From an uncultured virus (IMG/VR IMGVR_UViG_3300025626_000018) (lineage: Duplodnaviria > Heunggongvirae > Uroviricota > Caudoviricetes), in the IMG/VR virus record IMGVR_UViG_3300025626_000018, positions 1 through 64,000 of that record: a stretch of 64,000 bases of DNA. The stretch is one strand, 5' to 3'. Made by a program: the position numbers and the translations under genes. Shown here piece after piece: positions 57,490-64,000 of the stretch; within the stretch, counting starts at the first letter, position 1; every line of letters starts with the position of its first letter. A model generated the notes under the pieces. That model was given only the letters and a program-made list of their open reading frames with translations. It did no database searches and was not told the origin of the DNA.

Positions 57490-57490
57490 C

Positions 57491-58186
57491 ATGGCAGAAG
57501 TTGAATTTGCAGGAATGACATTTAAAGGTGGCAAAATGTTTGCTATTCTTACCGCGTTATCAACGCTTGGCGGCGCAGCGTGGGCGGGATTTGAATTTTA
57601 TTCCGATTATATGGATATGAAAGAAATTGTTCAGAATATTGATATTGATGCAATTAGCTCTGCTAATGAACTACAACTCCAAAAACTAGAAGATGCTATT
57701 GGCTATACTACTGTTATTAAAGACGATTTAAAAGCAGATATTACTAGGCTTGAGAATTTAATCGATACACTTGAAGATAATGTTATTACTGCAGAAAATG
57801 CTGTAAGGGAAGTTCGCAGCGATGTTCTTGCAAAATTAGATACATTTGAAGAACGTTTACGAATAACATTAAAAGATAATCAAGATACGATAGCTAATGT
57901 GCGGGATAAAATTAGTACAAATCTCGAGATTAGCGAAGCAAGAATTAAGGCAACACAAAATAGTATTGGCGACACGCTTGAAGGAATTCGAAATGAAATG
58001 AACCAACTACAAAAAGATACTACAGCTAGTATCCGTGAAGTTGAAGGTACAACAAGAGCATCAGAAAAAGATACTCGTGATTTTATGAAAACTATTGTTG
58101 CTGAAATAGAAGCCAAAATGAATAAATTAGATGATGATATTAGACAGCGGATTCAAGAGGCTTTTGATAATCCACTTTCAGACTAA
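57491..58186 (+). CDS. Membrane-anchored long coiled-coil protein
   Basis: N-terminal TM, heptad-rich body, DNPL end. Confidence 0.7.
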   Translation: MAEVEFAGMTFKGGKMFAILTALSTLGGAAWAGFEFYSDYMDMKEIVQNIDIDAISSANELQLQKLEDAIGYTTVIKDDLKADITRLENLIDTLEDNVITAENAVREVRSDVLAKLDTFEERLRITLKDNQDTIANVRDKISTNLEISEARIKATQNSIGDTLEGIRNEMNQLQKDTTASIREVEGTTRASEKDTRDFMKTIVAEIEAKMNKLDDDIRQRIQEAFDNPLSD

Positions 58187-58203
58187 AATCATAGGAGAAA
58201 AAT

Positions 58204-58557
58204 ATGGCTGATACAATAGCTGATACAACGGCTAATACAAAAACAATTGATGCATCTGCAGTAACAGGTGTTGATATAAATGGCGATGGGCACATTTCTG
58301 CTGATGAAATGGAAATGCACCTTGAATTTAAGCGTAAAGCGTTAGAAGATCAAGATGCACAAAGAGATGCTATGCGGAAAATGACATGGTTTGCTTTAAT
58401 GGGTATGCTATTATATCCATTTGCAATTATATTGACTTCATTATTAGGACTAGACACTGCTGCTAAAATTGTTGGCGATATTGCACCAACATATTTTGTT
58501 GCTATTGCAGCATTGGTTTCAGCATTTTTTGGTGCTGATGCTTTGAAAAAGAAATAA
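58204..58557 (+). CDS. EF-hand-containing two-TM protein (holin-like?)
   Basis: DINGDGHISADE loop; two C-terminal TM helices; basic tail. Confidence 0.65.
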   Translation: MADTIADTTANTKTIDASAVTGVDINGDGHISADEMEMHLEFKRKALEDQDAQRDAMRKMTWFALMGMLLYPFAIILTSLLGLDTAAKIVGDIAPTYFVAIAALVSAFFGADALKKK

Positions 58558-58559
58558 AA

Positions 58560-59327
58560 TTATTTGATATTTTCAAATGGGTTTAATTTACTAGTGCCGG
58601 GCTTTAAGGAATACTTACTGCTCGGCATTTTAGTAATTTTAACCTCGGGCTGCACCTCATAATACTTTGACCGCATACCAATGCGCATTTTGAATGGGCC
58701 AGTGCCAGAGAGTAATGGAACATCATTAGGAACGCCCATTGGATTTGCAGAACCAATTCTATAGAAATCATCGCCGGCTTGCATATAATATGCTGGCTCG
58801 GATTTCCCTTTAAGATAATGCTGAGTAATTAACTCGCCCAAATCTACTTCAGGTTTATTTAAAATATATTGTTTTTTACCTTTTAAATATGCAATCATTA
58901 CATCACGTGGAACGGATTTTGGATCACTCAATCCAGAAATTAATGTGGGTACTTTCATACCCTTTATTCCAGAAAACTTTTCAAGATCTTTTAACCATGC
59001 TTGAGTATCTTTATCGTTATTTAAGGTTTTAGTAATATATGCTTTAAGAGGAGATAATTTACCCTTACTAGGGCCTTTTTTATCAATTGCGGCAATCCAT
59101 TTTTTACCGTCAAAACTAGCGCGAGTATTGCCAAGTTGGTCAGAGTGATTCATTTTAACTTCTAACCATATGCGATCGCCTTTATATTTAATAAGAATAT
59201 CTGAATATGTTGGATCAACGGCTGGACGAGATGCGTCTAAACCCATATTGGCAATGTGTTTAGCCATATCATTTTCATACTTATCTGATTTAGCGCTTTC
59301 GCTTATAAATGATTTAAAAGTATACAT
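58560..59327 (-). CDS. PD-(D/E)xK nuclease-like protein with capsid-targeting-like N-terminus
   Basis: MYTFKSFISE start; YE...SDI...LEVK motif; minus-strand late promoter upstream. Confidence 0.6.
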   Translation of the reverse strand: MYTFKSFISESAKSDKYENDMAKHIANMGLDASRPAVDPTYSDILIKYKGDRIWLEVKMNHSDQLGNTRASFDGKKWIAAIDKKGPSKGKLSPLKAYITKTLNNDKDTQAWLKDLEKFSGIKGMKVPTLISGLSDPKSVPRDVMIAYLKGKKQYILNKPEVDLGELITQHYLKGKSEPAYYMQAGDDFYRIGSANPMGVPNDVPLLSGTGPFKMRIGMRSKYYEVQPEVKITKMPSSKYSLKPGTSKLNPFENIK

Positions 59328-59355
59328 TAGATTCTCATTAATTGCTTATATAGTT

Positions 59356-59871
59356 TTATTTATAATTAGAATATCTTCGCATTCCAATTAATTTTTTTGA
59401 TGAATATGGGGCAATACTAACTTTATTATTTTGATTACCGCCCAAAAGTAAATAATATTTTTGCCCTCGAGAATGCCGAATTCCCATAAAAAATCCAACA
59501 TGACCTTGCCATTTTGCGCCGGGGCGCTCTATTATTATAATATCGCCATACCGCAATTCTTCTTCAAGAATTATTTCTCCGTAATTTAAAAATTCTTGTG
59601 CTAATAACGGTCGTTTAGAATTAAAATCGTGTAGGTTTGATATATTATTTCTAGCTAAAACCGCATTGATAAATGCTGCGCACCACTCAGTTGTAACCGG
59701 GTCAACATTTAAAAATCTTTTTAATTGAACCCGATCTATATTTTCATTAAGACCAACATAATAAATCGCTTCAGTAAGATTTATAGTATGTTTTGGCTGT
59801 TGCCCCAATGTATTAAATATGGAACAGCCAGTACTGAATAAGAAAATTATAATAAAAAATATATGCTTCAT
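59356..59871 (-). CDS. TIGR02594-like NlpC/P60 peptidoglycan hydrolase, probable lipoprotein
   Basis: WCAAF, GHVGF, LGGNQ; lipobox-like STGC. Confidence 0.8.
   Translation of the reverse strand: MKHIFFIIIFLFSTGCSIFNTLGQQPKHTINLTEAIYYVGLNENIDRVQLKRFLNVDPVTTEWCAAFINAVLARNNISNLHDFNSKRPLLAQEFLNYGEIILEEELRYGDIIIIERPGAKWQGHVGFFMGIRHSRGQKYYLLLGGNQNNKVSIAPYSSKKLIGMRRYSNYK
59357..59364 (-). promoter_or_regulatory. Late promoter for 58560-59327
   Basis: TATAAATA on the minus strand. Confidence 0.65.
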
Positions 59872-59918
59872 AAAAATATTTATATATAAAATATAGGCTA
59901 ATAAAATGGAGAATATAA

Positions 59919-60116
59919 ATGCCAAAACCTAAAGGTGATATGAGTCAAAGAATTAAAAATGCTGGATTTTATAATAAACAACAAGCAAAGTCCACAGAAG
60001 CCGGAACAGGCAAATTTAGTGCAATTAAAGCAGCAAAAGCAAATCCGCTCGAGGAAATGAAAGAAGCTCTTGCAAAACGAAAAGCACTTAAGAAAAAAAC
60101 AGCTATAAAAAAATAA
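59919..60116 (+). CDS. Small basic protein
   Basis: GGAGA RBS; Lys/Ala-rich. Confidence 0.55.
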   Translation: MPKPKGDMSQRIKNAGFYNKQQAKSTEAGTGKFSAIKAAKANPLEEMKEALAKRKALKKKTAIKK

Positions 60117-60199
60117 CATAAATTTAAAATTAGCCGTTTACTTTCCGTCAAAATATGATATAATAATAGAGTAATCTTTATTAAAGGGGAAGGTATACT

Positions 60200-60553
60200 A
60201 TGTCAGGTATGCATTTAATTCGCGGAATGTCTAGTAATAATTTTAAAAAAAGAAAACAAAAAAAATCGCCTGGTTGGCAGAAAGCTCAATTAGAACATGA
60301 AGCTTTTTTAAAAAAGATGGGTATAAAGGGCGATGATGGTCTTAAAGATCACCGTTATGAAATACCCGATTATAAAAGCACTTCTATGATAAAAACGTCA
60401 GATACAATCTGTAGTAATGGACTTAAAAAAGACACTGTTCAATATACTGGTAATGAAATTGCTGGTATTGTTGTAACTCATAAATCAAATCTTATGCCTA
60501 TTCGCAAAGATAATATGCAAGCCGCAAAAGATGCGGCTCAAATGAGGCGATAA
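60200..60553 (+). CDS. Conserved phage hypothetical protein
   Basis: YTG..I.GI...HKSNL.PI motif; early promoter at 60136. Confidence 0.7.
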   Translation: MSGMHLIRGMSSNNFKKRKQKKSPGWQKAQLEHEAFLKKMGIKGDDGLKDHRYEIPDYKSTSMIKTSDTICSNGLKKDTVQYTGNEIAGIVVTHKSNLMPIRKDNMQAAKDAAQMRR

Positions 60554-60558
60554 TATAA

Positions 60559-61302
60559 ATGTTAACAGAAAATTTTTTATCGGATTTAGATAAAGATGGT
60601 ATTGCTATTGTTGACAATGCATTTAATACCGAAGATTTAATTGCATTTAATAAAGTTGCAAGTAAACTCCCGCCTTTTGTGGGTCATGGTAATGGACGGT
60701 GGTTAAATAATCCAGATGTATTATCAGAAGCTAAAATTAAAAATATTGATTGGGCTTGTCATTGGGCACAAACTCCAAAAAATAATTTATTTATTAATAC
60801 AATCATGCTTCCGTTATTAAAAAGTATTTGTGATGTTTTATTTGGGAATAAAGATTGGGGCTGGCAATTAACTAACCGTTATATTATGTCTAATTACAAG
60901 CATGATTATCCTATTCAGCCCCACTTAGATGCGCCATATTTGTGGCCACAAAAACTTGAATGCGAAATGTCTAAATATTTAGATAAAGGTCCTTTAAGTG
61001 TTACCTTTATGATTCCTTTAGTTGACTTTACAATAGAAAACGGTGCTACTGCATATGTACCTGGAACGCATAGATATAGATACAATACTACTAATTGGAA
61101 TGAAGAAAAACCTTTTTATAAAGCTTTCTTTGAAAATAATTATGTTCAACCACCGGTTTCTTTGGGCGGGTTCGGTTGTTTTTATGGTAATGTGCTGCAT
61201 AGTATTATGCCAAATAAAACCAATCAAATTCGCCGCGGGATAATTTTTCGTGGTATAAGACAAGATGCATTAAATGAAATGCAAAAGTTAAACTTAGGAT
61301 AA
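60559..61302 (+). CDS. PhyH-like 2OG-Fe(II) dioxygenase
   Basis: HLD, PL.DFT.ENGAT..VPGTH, H..N...R. Confidence 0.85.
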   Translation: MLTENFLSDLDKDGIAIVDNAFNTEDLIAFNKVASKLPPFVGHGNGRWLNNPDVLSEAKIKNIDWACHWAQTPKNNLFINTIMLPLLKSICDVLFGNKDWGWQLTNRYIMSNYKHDYPIQPHLDAPYLWPQKLECEMSKYLDKGPLSVTFMIPLVDFTIENGATAYVPGTHRYRYNTTNWNEEKPFYKAFFENNYVQPPVSLGGFGCFYGNVLHSIMPNKTNQIRRGIIFRGIRQDALNEMQKLNLG

Positions 61303-61334
61303 ACTTAGTTATATTTTGAAACATAGAGGCGATA

Positions 61335-61565
61335 ATGAAACCCAATAAAACCTTCGAATTAACTGTAGATGATATTGAGATGATCGAATCTGCATTAAAT
61401 GGTCGAGTGCATCGAAGATCTATGAGTATAACTATGGATCCTACAAATATTTATGCGAAAGAGATGCAAAAAGAAATTACATTAATTCGTGATTTATTAG
61501 GACGTATTCATAATCAAAAAACATTTTATAGACCAAAAAACCGATTTGGAAGCGGTAAACGATAA
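61335..61565 (+). CDS. Hypothetical protein
   Basis: F.L.V.DIE.IE.AL...LLG.IH.QK..YRP. Confidence 0.65.
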   Translation: MKPNKTFELTVDDIEMIESALNGRVHRRSMSITMDPTNIYAKEMQKEITLIRDLLGRIHNQKTFYRPKNRFGSGKR

Positions 61566-61666
61566 TATTATCACATAAAAATTTTTATTCAAATAGTTTA
61601 AATTAACTGTTTACAATCTGTTTGTAATATGCTATTATAGTATTATTAGATATATTGGAGAATAAA

Positions 61667-62644
61667 ATGGCACATGAGGTAGAAATTGTAAACGGTGTAG
61701 CACAGATGGCTTATGCGGGCGAATTGCCATGGCATGGTTTAGGTGTTCCGGTATCAAACGATCTTACACCTATGCAAATGATGCAAAAGGCTGGTCTTGA
61801 TTGGGAAGTTGAAAAGGTAGATGCTTTTGTCCGTTGGAAGGGCGATAATGTTGCCACTGGTCAACAAGCTCTTATTCGCTCAACTGATGGAAAAGTTCTT
61901 ACTAATGTTGGCGAAAATTGGAATCCAGTCCAAAATGAAGAAGCCTTTAATTTCTTTGCTGAATATGTTGCGGCCGGTGATATGGAAATGCACACTGCCG
62001 GTTCGCTAAAGGGCGGTCAACAAGTGTGGGCTCTTGCAAAAATTAAAGAGTCGTTTGATGTATTTGGTAAAGAAGATACTGTTGAATCATATTTGTTGTT
62101 TTCAAATCCTCATCAATATGGTAAATCAATTGATATTCGATTTACTCCTATTCGTGTTGTTTGTAATAATACTCTTACATTTAGCTTGAACAGCCACGCT
62201 GAGCGTTCTGTTAAAGTTGGCCATCGCACAGTGTTTAATGCTGATGATGTGAAAACAACATTGGGGCTTGCTTCTGAAAAATTTACTCAGTATAAAGATA
62301 TGGCTCAGTTTTTAGGCGGCCGTCGTTTTACTGCTGATTCACTTATTCAGTACTATAGCCAAGTATTTCCATCTACTTCGCGCAAAGATATTGAAACAAC
62401 GGTGACAAAAAAAGAAGATTTAAGCCGCAATGCGCAAACCGCATATGATATGCTTGAAATTCAACCTGGCGCAGAATTTGGTGCTGGAACATGGTGGCAG
62501 GCATTTAATTCAGTAACATATGTCACTGACCATCTTCAAGGACGAGGAGCTGAAAATCGGTTACACAATCAATGGTTCGGTAATAATCGGTTGCGCAAAA
62601 TAAAGGCTGCAAATTTGGCCGTTCAAATGGCAACAGCAGCATAA
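61667..62644 (+). CDS. DUF932 family protein
   Basis: PWHGLG, GLDW.V, QN.EAF, TAGSL, TPIRVVC.NTL, W...N.VT...DH; early promoter at 61609. Confidence 0.85.
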   Translation: MAHEVEIVNGVAQMAYAGELPWHGLGVPVSNDLTPMQMMQKAGLDWEVEKVDAFVRWKGDNVATGQQALIRSTDGKVLTNVGENWNPVQNEEAFNFFAEYVAAGDMEMHTAGSLKGGQQVWALAKIKESFDVFGKEDTVESYLLFSNPHQYGKSIDIRFTPIRVVCNNTLTFSLNSHAERSVKVGHRTVFNADDVKTTLGLASEKFTQYKDMAQFLGGRRFTADSLIQYYSQVFPSTSRKDIETTVTKKEDLSRNAQTAYDMLEIQPGAEFGAGTWWQAFNSVTYVTDHLQGRGAENRLHNQWFGNNRLRKIKAANLAVQMATAA

Positions 62645-62663
62645 CAAATATATCACATTAAAG

Positions 62664-62692
62664 AAAAAGATGTCCTTTGGGGCATCTTTTTT
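62664..62692 (+). terminator. Rho-independent terminator
   Basis: aaaaagatgtcc-tttg-gggcatcttttt. Confidence 0.75.
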
Positions 62693-62751
62693 ATTTACAT
62701 TCTCTTTATTATATGGTATAACTAATATAGAATGAAACAAAGGAGCCTATC

Positions 62752-63009
62752 ATGACTATTCAAAAACTTATCGATCAAACATTCAGCTATAGCTTAGAAG
62801 CACAAGATGCAGGCCTTGCTGATCTATATCTGGCCGATACGGCTGATTTTAAGCAGGTGCAGTGGCTGATGAATTCGAATGACATTGACGGCGCTTTAGC
62901 AAAAATCGGTAATATGGATACAGAACCACGTGAGCAGATCCTATTGGCGATTGCTGAAGAGTATGGTAATGGATATTTAGAAACTGTAATAGGCTATGAG
63001 GTGGCATAA
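62752..63009 (+). CDS. Hypothetical protein
   Basis: AAAGGAG RBS; early promoter. Confidence 0.7.
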   Translation: MTIQKLIDQTFSYSLEAQDAGLADLYLADTADFKQVQWLMNSNDIDGALAKIGNMDTEPREQILLAIAEEYGNGYLETVIGYEVA

Positions 63010-63098
63010 CAAATATATCACATTAAATAAAAAAATGCACTTTAGGGGTTTACAATCAGATCTCTACATGGTATAACTAATATATCAAAAGGAGATAT

Positions 63099-63284
63099 AT
63101 GATGTGGAAAAGATTTTATAAACTCACAGTTACTAACAAAGCTGGGAAAATTGTTCATACAGGAGAAGAATACTCTGGTTATGCAACTTCTGAAGAGCTT
63201 CGGTATCTTGACCGGGAATATCCTGACTGCAAGGTAGAAGCAGAGTTTATTGAATACGAATTAGAAATGGATGATGGAGCTTAA
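63099..63284 (+). CDS. Hypothetical protein
   Basis: Follows a promoter cassette and AGGAG RBS. Confidence 0.65.
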   Translation: MMWKRFYKLTVTNKAGKIVHTGEEYSGYATSEELRYLDREYPDCKVEAEFIEYELEMDDGA

Positions 63285-63285
63285 T

Positions 63286-63450
63286 ATGACATTAGTTGCT
63301 AGTATAATTGGCGCTGTACTTTTCGGTGGAGTTAGTAGTATGTTTGTTAAGTCCCCTAAATCTCCAGAAGGGGAACTTACTACTCTTGCCTGGGCCCTCG
63401 TTGGCGTTATTGCAATGGTAGTACTTTTTAGCCAATTTGGTTTGGTATAA
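63286..63450 (+). CDS. Small two-TM protein (54 aa)
   Basis: GGAG RBS; hydrophobic. Confidence 0.5.
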   Translation: MTLVASIIGAVLFGGVSSMFVKSPKSPEGELTTLAWALVGVIAMVVLFSQFGLV

Positions 63451-63532
63451 AAAAAATAAAAAAAATGCATTTTAGGGGTTTACAATCAGATCTCTATATG
63501 ATATAACTAATATATCAAAAAGGAGAAACACT

Positions 63533-63739
63533 ATGCTTACTACTTATGGCGCAATGATTAAGAATGACATTATCGAAGCTTTCAATGCTGCGGTGGTTAA
63601 TCCAGAAAATATCCACGAAGGTGGCGGTATCAATTGGAACTTTGTTGAGTCTGATATCTTTATTCCACTTGGAGTCTTCTATGATACTGAGTATCTGAAT
63701 GATTGCATTAGTGTGCTTGTTGATAACCACTTCGCATAA
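63533..63739 (+). CDS. Hypothetical protein, paralogue of 51020-51310
   Basis: IKNDIIEAFN...INWNFVESD. Confidence 0.65.
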   Translation: MLTTYGAMIKNDIIEAFNAAVVNPENIHEGGGINWNFVESDIFIPLGVFYDTEYLNDCISVLVDNHFA

Positions 63740-63755
63740 GGAAACTAAAACAAAG

Positions 63756-63877
63756 GACTCTTTTCTGATTATATAGTACGAGCGAAGAACCGTAAAGGTA
63801 GGTATGCCCATGGAGCAGAACCCGTAAAATCCTGGTAAGGGACTAAGTTAAGACCACTATATAATCAGCAAAGAGTC
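63756..63877 (+). ncRNA. Putative structured RNA closed by a 22-bp stem
   Basis: 63756-63777 and 63856-63877 are inverted repeats with 21/22 matches; no convincing ORF. Confidence 0.45.
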
Positions 63878-64000
63878 TAAGACAAGGAAAACTATTTCAT
63901 ACATACGTCTGTGTAGAGGCGTTGATCAGCTAAAAGCACTATCTCGAAAGGGATGTTAGTTTCGATCGAACCAGAGCGGCAATGTCAATAAGGCCGTGCG

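Larger units (their letters stand above)
63030..63526 (+). repeat. Near-identical early promoter+RBS cassettes (about 63030-63095 and 63460-63526)
   Basis: aaaaatgca(c/t)tttaggggtttacaatcagatctcta(c/t)atg(g/a)tataactaatatatcaaaa(a)ggaga twice. Confidence 0.9.

Noticed and set aside
1..64000. Alternative genetic code
   Set aside because: Core genes translate full length in the standard code; the only break is explained by the split intein

Overview
An AT-rich 64-kb segment of a large T4-like myovirus genome, almost entirely on the + strand. It runs through the neck, terminase, tail and head module (gp13-gp23, gp3), then uvsY/uvsW, gp55, gp47/46/45/44/62, regA, gp43, uvsX, gp40 and gp41. These are interspersed with many accessory genes: Hsp20, DUF1127, cytochrome c, MetK, KdsA/KdsB, nucleotide-sugar enzymes, APS kinase, sulfotransferase-like ORFs, radical SAM, a porin, cell-wall hydrolases, a 2OG-Fe(II) oxygenase and DUF932. 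A permuted (two-piece) tmRNA, DUF1127, a c2-type cytochrome and the porin suggest an alphaproteobacterial host (inference). Main points of interest: (1) the large terminase gene is fractured by an atypically split intein with a Thr+1 nucleophile, and a GIY-YIG homing endonuclease overlaps both halves; (2) a thymidylate-synthase homologue has Asp at the Asn177 specificity position, suggesting activity on dCMP; (3) a two-piece tmRNA; (4) a late-promoter operon of five signal-peptide proteins including a pilin-like subunit; (5) a late nuclease-like protein with a capsid-targeting-like N-terminus; (6) ORF-less antisense promoters, one duplicated, and a 22-bp-stem structured RNA. All assignments are from motif recognition and gene order; no database searches were run.
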